Counted from the stretch's first letter, positions 28,388 to 38,496 are shown. The stretch: DNA of 51,906 bases from Alphaproteobacteria bacterium (GCA_030835745.1 JAUROA010000027.1:1-51906), one strand, 5' to 3'. The notes: generated by a model from the letters alone, not told the origin. Translations and numbers: made by a program.

Positions 28388-29725
28388 CTATTCAAAAGAT
28401 AATATATATTGCGAATACCAATTTTTGCCCATAAGGTATATTTTATTTTTAATTATAATTGGAGAATGAAAATTATCAATATTAAGATTAATTTTACCTA
28501 AAATATCGCCATTAAATGGTGAAATGAAAAACATAACGCCATTTTGTGAATTAATAATCAGCTTATTATCAGCCATTATCAATCCATTATAAATTATTTT
28601 ACTATTTGGCTTTTTATTATTTTCAAATGCTCTTAACTGCTTGATCCACTTTATTGAAGCATCATTTAGTGCTAAGGCAATTAGTTTTGCGTCATTATCT
28701 AATATATAAATGTAATTTTTATTTATATGAAAATTAGTTATTGAAGCAATTTCTTTTTGCCATATAACCTTACCACTATTGATTTTTATTGCCTTCATCA
28801 TCCCAGAATTACTAACAATATATAACTTATCCTTAATAATTATTGGAGTAGCATCTATGTCATTTAAGTAGTAATTTGAATTTATCATATTACTGGAATT
28901 TAAATTATCACTCCAAACTTCCTGACCATTATTCTTATTAAGAGCAAATACTTCACCTGATGAATATGAAATTATAACATAATCTTTATAAAATACAGGA
29001 TCAGGAGATCCATAAATGACATTTGGATTAGATATTGTTTTATGAACCCAATTTATATCACCATTAGTTGCATTAAGGGCATAAAATTTATTATCATCTG
29101 ACAATAAATATAAAATATTATCCTTAACTATTGGCTTAGATATAATTAGTGATGATATTTTTTTTGTCCATATAACATCACCCGAGGTTAAATTAATTGC
29201 TTTAATTATATTATTACCCATATGAGCATATAATGTGCTATTATTGGCATATATCTTGGGATCGTAATTATTAATAAAAAAACTAGTCTTAAAAAGCTTT
29301 TTACTCCATAATTTTTTACTATTTTTAATATCAATTAATGATAATTTACCATTATTATCTAATGCATAGAGTTTATTATTAAAGATTACTGGCAAATTTA
29401 ATTTAACATCCTTGTTAAAGAAAGAATAGCTAAGGTTAATTTTTTTATAATTTTGAAAAAAATATTTTTTCTTTTTAAGCGTAAAATTTTTAACAAAATT
29501 TCCTACACGACCATTTTGATTATTATCTTCGATATGATTCCAAGATAATGATAAAATTTGATCATCAAGATTAACTTTAGGGGCAATATCTGATTTTATT
29601 AATTTATAATGATTAATTACTGATATTGCTTTTGCTTTATCATAAGTCTGGTCTTTATTAGTGCTACAAGCAAATTGAAGAAATATAATTGCAACTAAAA
29701 ATAATTTAGAGATAAAGCTAGTCAT
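28388..29725 (-). CDS. bamB: BamB-like PQQ-repeat beta-propeller lipoprotein
   Basis: Lipobox FAC, repeated A.N...G...W motifs, LNDIDATPII; follows a yfgM-like gene. Confidence 0.78.
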   Translation of the reverse strand: MTSFISKLFLVAIIFLQFACSTNKDQTYDKAKAISVINHYKLIKSDIAPKVNLDDQILSLSWNHIEDNNQNGRVGNFVKNFTLKKKKYFFQNYKKINLSYSFFNKDVKLNLPVIFNNKLYALDNNGKLSLIDIKNSKKLWSKKLFKTSFFINNYDPKIYANNSTLYAHMGNNIIKAINLTSGDVIWTKKISSLIISKPIVKDNILYLLSDDNKFYALNATNGDINWVHKTISNPNVIYGSPDPVFYKDYVIISYSSGEVFALNKNNGQEVWSDNLNSSNMINSNYYLNDIDATPIIIKDKLYIVSNSGMMKAIKINSGKVIWQKEIASITNFHINKNYIYILDNDAKLIALALNDASIKWIKQLRAFENNKKPNSKIIYNGLIMADNKLIINSQNGVMFFISPFNGDILGKINLNIDNFHSPIIIKNKIYLMGKNWYSQYILSFE

Positions 29726-29730
29726 TTAAA

Positions 29731-30408
29731 TTACTTAATAAATTGATTAATGTGATTTAGGTAATTTTGTGCTCTTTGCTTTATTTCAGATGGCGCCTCG
29801 ATATCGGTTGCTATTTTATAAAATAAATCATGAGATTTTTGCCAATTTTTATTGTTTTTTTCTATAATTGCTAATTGCTCAGCAATATTATTATATAAGT
29901 ATTTTGCCTGATTGTAATATTTATATGATAATTCAATGAAATTATTTTTATCATGTAAATTTTGGTTATTTATCCATAATTTAATGGCAAGTAATTGCGA
30001 TAATTCTTTAACAAAAATATCGCAAGAGGTGCATCTAGCAATATTTTGATATATTTCAAAAGCTTTGCTAAAGCTATTTTCATCAATCAAAATTGCTGCA
30101 TATTTTAACTTAGCAATTAGCTTTAATTCTTGCTTTGCATTAGATTTATTAATTAACTCAAGAGTCTTTTTGGCATTCTCAATATCAAAATCTTGCTTAT
30201 AAATATATGATTGATGAAGTAATTTCGAAAATTTAAGACTTTTATTTTTTTGATATATATTATATGAAATTGATGCAATAATTAAAAATATAATCGAGCA
30301 TAATGTTGCAATAATTAGCTTTAAATTATTCTTAATAAAATTTAAAATTTGATCATTCTGCGCCTGAGACTTCGCCTGAGAAATAATTTGATCAATATCA
30401 TTGGCCAT
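29731..30408 (-). CDS. YfgM-like TPR membrane protein
   Basis: Short N-terminus, single TM, helical repeats, P.EIKQRA end; upstream of bamB. Confidence 0.65.
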   Translation of the reverse strand: MANDIDQIISQAKSQAQNDQILNFIKNNLKLIIATLCSIIFLIIASISYNIYQKNKSLKFSKLLHQSYIYKQDFDIENAKKTLELINKSNAKQELKLIAKLKYAAILIDENSFSKAFEIYQNIARCTSCDIFVKELSQLLAIKLWINNQNLHDKNNFIELSYKYYNQAKYLYNNIAEQLAIIEKNNKNWQKSHDLFYKIATDIEAPSEIKQRAQNYLNHINQFIK

Positions 30409-30409
30409 T

Positions 30410-31294
30410 TTAGTTATTTTTAATTTGTTTTAAATAGCAATTAATTGTATTTTGCAAAAGATAAGAAATTGTCATTGGCCCAACTCCACCAGGAACCGGG
30501 GTAATAGCTTTAGCTTTTTGTACAACATTATCAAAATCAACATCGCCAACTAATCGCGATTTATTATTTTCGTCAATAATTCTATTTATACCAATATCAA
30601 TAATAACAACATTATCATTAATCATATCAGATTTAATCAAATTAGGCACCCCAGCACCACAAAAAATCACATCAGCATCTAAACAATGACTCTTAAGATC
30701 TTTTGTTGAACTATTTGCAATTGTAACTGTGCAGTTTTCAAGCATCAACAACCTTGCTAAAGGCCTTCCCACTATATTTGAAGAACCAATAACTAATGTT
30801 TTTAAACCAGCTAAATTATTGCCAATAGCTGATTTTAATAAATGAATACATCCAAGAGGCGTACATGGAACAATCGCGGCATCATTTCCTGATATTTCAC
30901 CAACTGATAATTTACCAACATTTAAAATATTAAAACCATCAACATCCTTTTTTGGATCAATGGCATGAATAACTTTCTTAGAATCAATATGCTTTGGCAA
31001 AGGAAGCTGAACTAATATTGCATGAACCTTATTGTCATTATTTAATTCATGAATTTTTTCTATAAGCTCCTCTTCAGATGTGTCACTAGTTAATTTAAAT
31101 TGCATTGAATTCATATTAACACTATGCGCAGCTTTTTCTTTATTTCCTACATAAACTTCGCTTGCTGGATCATTACCGACCAAAATAACAGCTAATGTTG
31201 GGATAATTTTGAACTTTTCTTTTATAATAGAAACCTCCTGCGCTATATCGTGCCTCATAATTGAGGCAATTTCTTTACCATTTATAATTGTCAT
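30410..31294 (-). CDS. folD: Methylene-THF dehydrogenase/cyclohydrolase
   Basis: ILVQLPLP, KDVDGF, PCTP.G, TPVPGGVGPMT. Confidence 0.98.
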   Translation of the reverse strand: MTIINGKEIASIMRHDIAQEVSIIKEKFKIIPTLAVILVGNDPASEVYVGNKEKAAHSVNMNSMQFKLTSDTSEEELIEKIHELNNDNKVHAILVQLPLPKHIDSKKVIHAIDPKKDVDGFNILNVGKLSVGEISGNDAAIVPCTPLGCIHLLKSAIGNNLAGLKTLVIGSSNIVGRPLARLLMLENCTVTIANSSTKDLKSHCLDADVIFCGAGVPNLIKSDMINDNVVIIDIGINRIIDENNKSRLVGDVDFDNVVQKAKAITPVPGGVGPMTISYLLQNTINCYLKQIKNN

Positions 31295-31508
31295 ATTTAC
31301 TATTTATTCATTTAAAATGATTAAAATGAAGAAATTTAAGATTAAAAATATCACTAAACAAATCAAGAAAAAAATAAATAGCTTCTAAATAGTTTCTAAT
31401 GCTAAAAACCATTTTTAAAAAAATTACAAAATCAATAAAAGGTAGCTTTTAGTTTGATATATAAAATGCCAATATTATATATTAAAACAAAATAAAATTA
31501 AAATTTAA

Positions 31509-32228
31509 CTAAGAAATTGCCTTAAGAAATGCATTATCAAGATGATCTTCTTTATGATCTTTTTTAAATTTTTTAGGAGATCCTTCAAAAATAATTTTAG
31601 AATTATTAAGGACCGCAATTTCATCGCAAATTTCATCAATATCTGATAAAATATGAGAACTAAAGAAAATTGTTTTTCCCAGCTTTTTATATGATATAAA
31701 CTCTTTTTTTAAATTAATTCTTGCCTTGGGATCTAGTCCACTCATGGGCTCATCTAATATTACAAAATCAGCACTACTTAAAAATAAAGCTAGCAATCCC
31801 AATTTTTGAGTCATGCCTTTTGAATATTTTTTGATATTATTTTTTAATGCCTTGACATCAAGCTCAATATTATCACATATAAGATGGCAGTGATCAATAT
31901 CTAGTTTTTTTTGATAAAATCCCAAAGCAAATTTAAGAAATTCATATCCAGATAAATAAGGCGATGGCTGAAATTTTTCTGGCAAATAAAATAATTTTTG
32001 TCTGGCTTTAGGCTTAGTTGATGGCTCATTATTTATTAACACATCACCACTATCAGCATCTAATAGATTAATTATAATTTTAATTAATGTTGTTTTACCC
32101 TGTCCATTTAAACCAATAAATCCATAAATATCATTTGACTTAACAGAAATATTTACATCATCTAATATAACTTTATTAGCAAATTGCTTATAAATATTAG
32201 ATACTTTTAAAATTGTGGAGTTTGTCAT
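31509..32228 (-). CDS. ABC transporter ATP-binding protein (ABC-2 type)
   Basis: Walker A GLNGQGKTT, signature YSKGMTQ, Walker B ILDEPMSGLDP, SSH. Confidence 0.93.
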   Translation of the reverse strand: MTNSTILKVSNIYKQFANKVILDDVNISVKSNDIYGFIGLNGQGKTTLIKIIINLLDADSGDVLINNEPSTKPKARQKLFYLPEKFQPSPYLSGYEFLKFALGFYQKKLDIDHCHLICDNIELDVKALKNNIKKYSKGMTQKLGLLALFLSSADFVILDEPMSGLDPKARINLKKEFISYKKLGKTIFFSSHILSDIDEICDEIAVLNNSKIIFEGSPKKFKKDHKEDHLDNAFLKAIS

Positions 32229-33281
32229 CTAATTATATATTACTCTGAAGGAGGGTATTGTTAAAATTGCAGTATTTTCTTCATTATTAGTAACCTCAAA
32301 TAAGCAACTTTGCTGATCTAGTAATTTGCCAATAAGAGTTTCGTCAATTAATGTTTCTAATTTATGTTTTTTACTGCTAAAATTTGCATCAAATATAAAG
32401 ACAACCTGGTCTAAATGATCAAATAAGACTCTTACTAAAATTTTTGCTTTAAGATCTGCGCTAAAAATTGTAGTAAATATTTTTTTAAATACATCGTGAA
32501 TTATTAATTGATCGCATTTAATTTTTGGCAATTCGTCGAAATTAACAGATTTATCTAACTTAATATTATCGCTATATTTTTTATTTAAACTCCCAAAAAA
32601 GTCGAGGAAAAAAGTTTTAATATTTAAGATATTTTCATTAACATTTAAGCGATAATCTATAACTTGATCATCAAGAGCATTTTCAATTGAGGCGCGTAAT
32701 TTATTTGAATTTTTAAATATTTTTTCAAAATCATTAATATATTTTCTATGAGGAAGTGGTCCATAGGGTTCATCCATCAAAATTTGAGAAGTCTTAGAAA
32801 TAATATCTAGGTAGTTTTTGATATTACTTGGCAAAATATTTGCCATTTGAACTTTTAAATTATCAATATTTTTCTTATGTTGCTGAGATACTTTACTAGC
32901 ATTGGCGATTTTTTCATTAATTTTAGCAATCATTAATTCAAAATCTATTGGCTTGATAAGATAATCATTAGCTGAAAGATTGATCCCTTTAACTACATCT
33001 TGTTTTTGACCTAATGCCGTTAAAAATATAAATGGAATATTATTGTGCCTTGAATTTTCTGACTCTCTAACCATTTTTAGCAAATCATAACCATCAGCCT
33101 CAGGCATCATAATGTCAGAAATAATAATATCAGGCGAAATATCTAGAAATTTTTTATATCCATCTTTACCATCACATGCTTCAAATACTTCAAAACCCTC
33201 ATCTCGAAGTATATCAGCAATATTTTCTCTGATATCTTCTTCATCTTCAACACATAATATTTTAATTAATTTTTGCCCCAT
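32229..33281 (-). CDS. Response regulator receiver fused to a degenerate histidine-kinase-like domain
   Basis: Intact REC (VEDE, ISDIMMP, FLTA, LIKP); C-terminal HisKA-like helices (EPYGPLPHRKY) without an H-box. Confidence 0.8.
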   Translation of the reverse strand: MGQKLIKILCVEDEEDIRENIADILRDEGFEVFEACDGKDGYKKFLDISPDIIISDIMMPEADGYDLLKMVRESENSRHNNIPFIFLTALGQKQDVVKGINLSANDYLIKPIDFELMIAKINEKIANASKVSQQHKKNIDNLKVQMANILPSNIKNYLDIISKTSQILMDEPYGPLPHRKYINDFEKIFKNSNKLRASIENALDDQVIDYRLNVNENILNIKTFFLDFFGSLNKKYSDNIKLDKSVNFDELPKIKCDQLIIHDVFKKIFTTIFSADLKAKILVRVLFDHLDQVVFIFDANFSSKKHKLETLIDETLIGKLLDQQSCLFEVTNNEENTAILTIPSFRVIYN

Positions 33282-33284
33282 AAA

Positions 33285-34556
33285 TTATATGATTAATTTT
33301 GAACCTTCAAAATTTCTTAAGATCTCGTTTACAAGATCATCTGAATCAGTATTAGAACTAGTTACCCTATCATTCTTGATATTATTATTTTGGCAAGCAA
33401 CTTTATTTTCTTCCAATTTATCATTAAGTAAAAGCTGTTGCAAATTAGGCAATGACTTTAAATGACATATTCTTATAATCAACATTTCAAAGAAAATCTT
33501 TCCTGAAAAGAAATTATTAAGATCATTGATATTTTTTTGCAACATCTGCCACATTCTATTTATTATTGATATATCAATCTCATTAGAAATTTGATTAATA
33601 ATGGCAATTTCTTGTGAGCTTAATGCGTCGATTTTATAATTTTTATCAATATTTAACAACGCAATATCGTGAGTAATTGACATTAAATCTTTCATTAAAC
33701 CCATTATATCAGAAGATTTTGAATAAAATTCATTAAAAATATCAAGCGATTTACCTACATCGCCTTCAAATAAAGATTTTAAGAGATTAATTATATCGAT
33801 GTTATTATTTAACCCAAGAGAAGTTACAATTTCTTGAGTTGAAATTTTACTTTGATAATTATTTGCAGCCAATATTTGATCAGTGATTGATAGAGAGTCT
33901 CGAACCGACCCCTCAGATAATTTCGCAACCAGTTCTAAAGCTGAATTATCAAAGTTAAAACCCTCTTTTTCTAATATATTTTTCAAATGATTAATGATTT
34001 CACTTTGATCAAGTCTGCGCAAATTAAATCTCATGCACCTTGAAAGTATAGTAATGGGTACTTTTTTAATTTCTGTTGTAGCAAAAATAAACTTTACATT
34101 AGCAGGAGGTTCTTCAAGAGTTTTAAGCAATGCATTAAAAGCATTGTTACTTAACATATGAACCTCATCAATAATATAAATCTTATATCTAGAATTTACA
34201 GGAGAATAAGCAATTGAGTTAATTATATCCCTAATATCATCAACACCAGTTTTACTAGCGGCATCAAATTCTATTACATCTTGATTATTTGAGTTAGCAA
34301 TTGAAATACAATTTTCGCACTTATTACATGAAATTGCACTAGAAGCAGAATTTTCATCAAGGCAGTTTATAGCTTTAGCTATTATTCTCGCAGAAGTAGT
34401 TTTGCCAACACCTCTAATTCCAGTTAATATAAAAGCATGATGCAATTTATCTTTGATGATAGCATTTTTTAAAATTTTGACCAAAATATCTTGTCCAACT
34501 AATTGGCTAAAATCTTGTGGCCTATATTTTCTGGCCAAAGCAACATATGATGACAT
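33285..34556 (-). CDS. dnaX: DNA polymerase III subunit gamma/tau
   Basis: LARKYRP, GIRGVGKTT, IIDEVHMLS, NALLKTLEEPP, TILSRC. Confidence 0.98.
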   Translation of the reverse strand: MSSYVALARKYRPQDFSQLVGQDILVKILKNAIIKDKLHHAFILTGIRGVGKTTSARIIAKAINCLDENSASSAISCNKCENCISIANSNNQDVIEFDAASKTGVDDIRDIINSIAYSPVNSRYKIYIIDEVHMLSNNAFNALLKTLEEPPANVKFIFATTEIKKVPITILSRCMRFNLRRLDQSEIINHLKNILEKEGFNFDNSALELVAKLSEGSVRDSLSITDQILAANNYQSKISTQEIVTSLGLNNNIDIINLLKSLFEGDVGKSLDIFNEFYSKSSDIMGLMKDLMSITHDIALLNIDKNYKIDALSSQEIAIINQISNEIDISIINRMWQMLQKNINDLNNFFSGKIFFEMLIIRICHLKSLPNLQQLLLNDKLEENKVACQNNNIKNDRVTSSNTDSDDLVNEILRNFEGSKLII

Positions 34557-34747
34557 GAAAAATTTGTTTAGTTCATATTAATCATTAAAATTTAAATATA
34601 GATTTAATAATAAAAAGCTATCTTTTAAAGAATTAAAATTTGAATTTTGAGTTTATTTTTTGACTTAAAAATTGTTTAAAATTCAATCATAGATGGCTTT
34701 AAGTATCATTTATATTTAATATCTTTAAATTAGATTAAATTGGATAC

Positions 34748-34775
34748 TTGAATATTGCTATTATTATTTTAAAAT
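34748..34775 (+). promoter_or_regulatory. Putative promoter of ffs
   Basis: TTGAAT (34748-53), 16-bp spacer, TAAAAT (34770-75), ending 6 nt before the SRP RNA stem. Confidence 0.45.
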
Positions 34776-34781
34776 AATTTT

Positions 34782-34861
34782 TGAGAGTGGGCATTTTATT
34801 TATTTAAAGAGTCAGGATCGAAAGATAGCAGCTCAAAATACATTAATATGGGTCACTCTCA
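34782..34861 (+). ncRNA. ffs: Signal recognition particle RNA (4.5S), compact ~80 nt
   Basis: Domain IV signature CAGG-ATC-GAAA-GAT-AGCAG (34813-34831) closed by GAG/CTC; terminal stem TGAGAGTGG (34782-90) pairs with TCACTCTCA (34853-61); next to dnaX. Confidence 0.88.
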
Positions 34862-34918
34862 CGGGGTCACTCTCACGGGGTCACTCTCACGGGGTCACTC
34901 TCACGGGGTCACTCTCAC
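34849..34918 (+). repeat. Five tandem 14-mers (G/T)GGGTCACTCTCAC
   Basis: Units start at 34849, 34863, 34877, 34891 and 34905; units 2-5 are identical; unit 1 is the ffs 3' strand. Confidence 0.95.
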
Positions 34919-34976
34919 TTAACTCATCTTTATTTTAATAATATCTAATAATTAAACTATTTCAATCAATTAATTT

Positions 34977-35483
34977 ATGATATTTAGCCAAGAAATAATC
35001 GACAAAGCACAAAATATTTTAGATAAATTAACATATAAAAAATTAAAAATATCTTTTGCTGAATCCTGTACCGGAGGATTAATAAGCACAATTATAACTG
35101 AAATTCCAAATGCTTCAAAAATTTTTGAATTATCCTTAATTACATATTCTAATCAGTCAAAAATCAAACTACTAAATATAGATCCTAACATAATTAAAAA
35201 ATATGGCGCTGTAAGCGCTAATTGCGCTCAAGAAATGGCAAAAGGTCTTATAAAATATAATTACTGCAATATTGCAATTAGTATAACAGGAATAGCTGGA
35301 CCAAATAGTGATAATACAAATAAAAATATCGGATTGGTCTATATATGCCTGATATATAATGACAAAATAATCACTAATAAATTGCAATTAGGTAATTTAA
35401 CAAGATCCGAAATTAGAATAAAAACCGCAATTGCAGTTTTAAATATGGTTAGCGATATAATCGACTCAAATAGCTTGCAATAA
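34977..35483 (+). CDS. pncC: CinA C-terminal/PncC nicotinamide-nucleotide amidohydrolase
   Basis: AESCTGG, YSN..K..LL, GAVS..CA.EMA.G, SITGIAGP. Confidence 0.9.
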   Translation: MIFSQEIIDKAQNILDKLTYKKLKISFAESCTGGLISTIITEIPNASKIFELSLITYSNQSKIKLLNIDPNIIKKYGAVSANCAQEMAKGLIKYNYCNIAISITGIAGPNSDNTNKNIGLVYICLIYNDKIITNKLQLGNLTRSEIRIKTAIAVLNMVSDIIDSNSLQ

Positions 35484-35868
35484 TATATAAATCAATAATT
35501 GTCATTATAAAAGGCGGATTAAAATTTGTAATTGATTTACGTAAAAAAATCTTATCAAAAATATTTTTCAGCCTTTCTGATCTTAATTGCTGTTTATTGA
35601 CAATTTTTTTAACATTAGATAATGATTCTTTTTTTGGCTTACAACGATTAATTGCAAATATATGCCACGCAAAATATAGTGAAATAAGTAAAGATAAAAT
35701 GAAATTTATAATGTAAATTCCACATCCAATTATCAAAGCCTCTAAAATAAAAAAATTAATAAAATATGCCGCAACTCCCCAATAATATGTAACTATATTA
35801 AAATTTTCTTTTCCTTCATTACATTTTTTAAAAGAATTGATAATTTTATCTTTATATATTTTAAACAT
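35449..35868 (-). CDS. Hypothetical membrane protein
   Basis: Two to three hydrophobic segments; 9 nt downstream of nuoC. Confidence 0.55.
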   Translation of the reverse strand: MFKIYKDKIINSFKKCNEGKENFNIVTYYWGVAAYFINFFILEALIIGCGIYIINFILSLLISLYFAWHIFAINRCKPKKESLSNVKKIVNKQQLRSERLKNIFDKIFLRKSITNFNPPFIMTIIDLYIIASYLSRLYR

Positions 35869-35877
35869 TATTTATAA

Positions 35878-36459
35878 TTATTTTTTATCTAACATACCTT
35901 GCCAAGGCATTGAAAAATCAAAATCACGATATTCCTGCTCAAGCTTTACTGGCTGATACACAACTTTTCTGCAATTTTCATCATATATTACTTCTTCATA
36001 GCCAGTTAAAGGAAAGTCTTTTCTTAATGGGTGTCCCTTAAATTCATAATCAGTTAAAATTCTTCTTAAGTCTTTATTGCCGTTAAACTTAATTCCATAC
36101 ATATCAAAAACTTCTCTTTCATACCATGAACAATTATCAAATATTTTTTTAATCGTTGAGAGCTTTTCATCTTCTTCAACCGCAACTTTAATTGTAATTC
36201 TATTATTTAGTTTATAACTAAGAAGATTATATATAACTTCAAACCTAATTGCCTGTTTTCCTAGCATATCTGCGCCAAAAATATCAATTAAGGTCTTAAA
36301 TGATAGATTCTCATCATTTTTGAGAAAATATAAAAAATTGACCAAATCTTCAGCTGTAATATATATGATTAGATTATCTTTAAAAATTGCAGATTTTATA
36401 ATATTAAATGATGAATTTTCTCTGATATATTTTAGCTGGGCTTTTAAATCTTGAATCAT
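35878..36459 (-). CDS. nuoC: NADH-quinone oxidoreductase subunit C
   Basis: RFEVIYNLLS, WYEREVFDMYG, DLRRILTDY.F.GHPLRKDFPL. Confidence 0.98.
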   Translation of the reverse strand: MIQDLKAQLKYIRENSSFNIIKSAIFKDNLIIYITAEDLVNFLYFLKNDENLSFKTLIDIFGADMLGKQAIRFEVIYNLLSYKLNNRITIKVAVEEDEKLSTIKKIFDNCSWYEREVFDMYGIKFNGNKDLRRILTDYEFKGHPLRKDFPLTGYEEVIYDENCRKVVYQPVKLEQEYRDFDFSMPWQGMLDKK

Positions 36460-36460
36460 T

Positions 36461-37003
36461 TTAATATCTTTTAAAATTTGCGGTCCTTTTTATTTTACGC
36501 TGTAAAACCATAACTCCATATAATAATGCTTCAGCGGAGGGTGGACAACCAGGTACATAAACATCGACCGGTATAATTTTGTCGCATCCCCTAACAACAG
36601 AATATGAATAATGATAATATCCTCCACCATTTGCACATGAACCCATAGATATAACATATCTTGGTTCTGCCATCTGATCATAAACTTTTCTTAGAGCAGG
36701 GGCCATTTTATTTGTAAGCGTTCCAGCAACAATCATAACATCGGACTGTCTTGGTGATGGCCTAAAAATCATTCCATAACGATCAAGATCATATCTACTA
36801 GCAGCAGCATGCATCATTTCAACAGCGCAGCATGCTAACCCAAAAGTCATTGGCCACAAAGAACCAGTTCTTGCCCAGTTAACTAAGTCATCTAACTTCG
36901 CTGTAACAAAACCTTTATTAGAAATCTCGTCACTAAATTGATTCAAGATATTGTCTTGGCTACTTTGCTTGATATTTTGCAACATATTATTAGATATTTT
37001 CAT
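36461..37003 (-). CDS. nuoB: NADH-quinone oxidoreductase subunit B
   Basis: [32 protein letters not shown] 37003, just after the nuoA stop, is preferred. Confidence 0.98.
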   Translation of the reverse strand: MKISNNMLQNIKQSSQDNILNQFSDEISNKGFVTAKLDDLVNWARTGSLWPMTFGLACCAVEMMHAAASRYDLDRYGMIFRPSPRQSDVMIVAGTLTNKMAPALRKVYDQMAEPRYVISMGSCANGGGYYHYSYSVVRGCDKIIPVDVYVPGCPPSAEALLYGVMVLQRKIKRTANFKRY

Positions 37004-37004
37004 T

Positions 37005-37469
37005 TTATTTCCAATCAAGCGCCCCCCTTTTCCATTCATAAATAAAACCAATTGTTAAAACAGATAAGAAAACCATCATTGACCAAAAACCAAATTCACC
37101 TATTTCTCTTAATGAAATTGCCCAGGGAAATAAGAACGCCACCTCAAGATCAAAAATAATAAATAAAATTGCAACTAGATAAAATTGCACATCAAAATCA
37201 CTTCTAATGATGCCCCGTCCGTCAAATCCACATTCATATTGAGAATTTTTTTCATTGTCAGGTTTCATTTTATTGACAATAAATGGAATTGCCAAAACAA
37301 AAATCGATAACATTAATGCTATAATGCTAAAAATTAATATTGGTATATATTGTTGAGTTGAACTATCAAAAGCAAATAATTGCTGTGGATTGAAATCAAA
37401 AAAACTAACCTGTAACTGGTTGTTTATTTCACCACTTAAATTACTATTAGCCAAAGAATTATCTTGCAT
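37005..37469 (-). CDS. nuoA: NADH-quinone oxidoreductase subunit A
   Basis: [32 protein letters not shown]; N-terminal extension. Confidence 0.97.
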   Translation of the reverse strand: MQDNSLANSNLSGEINNQLQVSFFDFNPQQLFAFDSSTQQYIPILIFSIIALMLSIFVLAIPFIVNKMKPDNEKNSQYECGFDGRGIIRSDFDVQFYLVAILFIIFDLEVAFLFPWAISLREIGEFGFWSMMVFLSVLTIGFIYEWKRGALDWK

Positions 37470-37542
37470 GTTTTTTTACATTAAAATTATACTTAACTAA
37501 GTTAATTTGTATTTAATTCAAAATCAATTATATTTTTTAATT

Positions 37543-38415
37543 ATGATAAACCATACTTATACTGCGTTAATTACTCCTTTTAAAGATAATAAAATTGACG
37601 AAGAATCCCTTAATAAGCTAATTGAATATCAAATTGAAGGTGGTGTTGACGGCATTGTTGCATGTGGCACAACTGGTGAATCCCCCACCCTATCTCACGA
37701 AGAACACAAAACCATGATCAAATTATGTGTCGAGATTGCCAATAAAAGAATTAAAGTTATGGCGGGAACTGGATCAAATTCAACCAGTGAAGCTATTATG
37801 ATGACAAATTATGCCAAAAAAATTGGTGCTGACTCATGCCTAATTGTTGCACCATATTATAATAAGCCAACAGCACAAGGAATATTTGAACATTTCAAAG
37901 AAATTAACAATATTGAGCTACCAATTATATTATACAATATTCCTGGCAGAAGCGTAATTAATATTAGCGATGATGAGATTGCTAAAATTGCTAAATTAAC
38001 AAATGTAATTGGTGTAAAAGATGCAACCTCAGATCTAGCAAGAATAGCCACTTTAAGAAAATTAATCACTAAAGAAAACTTTATGTATCTATCAGGAGAA
38101 GATATGACAGCTCTTGGATTTAATGCGATGGGGGGAAATGGCATTATCTCTGTTACTGCCAATATAGCTCCTAAATTAATTAAAAAACTACAAAATCTAT
38201 GCGCTAATTTCAAATATCAAGAAGCGCTAGAACTTCAAGATCAATTAACAATATTGCATCAAGCAATGTTTTTGGAAACCAACCCTATTCCAGTAAAATA
38301 TGCTGCCTCATATTTAGGTATCAGTTCCAATGAAATTAGATTACCTTTATGCAGCCCTACTAAAACCAATATCACCAAAATTAATGACATTATTGACAAA
38401 TTTAAATTAAGATAA
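37543..38415 (+). CDS. dapA: 4-hydroxy-tetrahydrodipicolinate synthase
   Basis: TALITPF, GTTGES, PYYNKP, YNIPGRS, GVKDAT, TNPIPVK. ATG 37543 is preferred. Confidence 0.98.
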   Translation: MINHTYTALITPFKDNKIDEESLNKLIEYQIEGGVDGIVACGTTGESPTLSHEEHKTMIKLCVEIANKRIKVMAGTGSNSTSEAIMMTNYAKKIGADSCLIVAPYYNKPTAQGIFEHFKEINNIELPIILYNIPGRSVINISDDEIAKIAKLTNVIGVKDATSDLARIATLRKLITKENFMYLSGEDMTALGFNAMGGNGIISVTANIAPKLIKKLQNLCANFKYQEALELQDQLTILHQAMFLETNPIPVKYAASYLGISSNEIRLPLCSPTKTNITKINDIIDKFKLR

Positions 38416-38461
38416 ATTTGGCTCTTATAAATTAATTGATGAATAATTTAGCTATTAATAC

Positions 38462-38490
38462 TTGTTAAAAACATATCATATAGTTATAAT
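38462..38490 (+). promoter_or_regulatory. Promoter of ssrA
   Basis: TTGTTA, 17-bp spacer, TATAAT just upstream of the tmRNA acceptor piece. Confidence 0.6.
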
Positions 38491-38496
38491 TATATT

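Noticed and set aside
33285-34556. dnaX programmed frameshift producing gamma and tau
   Set aside because: Single 423-aa frame that already ends with the usual terminal motif, and the next gene starts 3 nt later.
34849-34918. CRISPR array
   Set aside because: Units are 14 bp and head-to-tail with no spacers; no cas genes in the window.
37502-37516. CtrA-like box TTAA-N7-TTAA between nuoA and dapA
   Set aside because: All-A/T motif expected frequently by chance in this genome.
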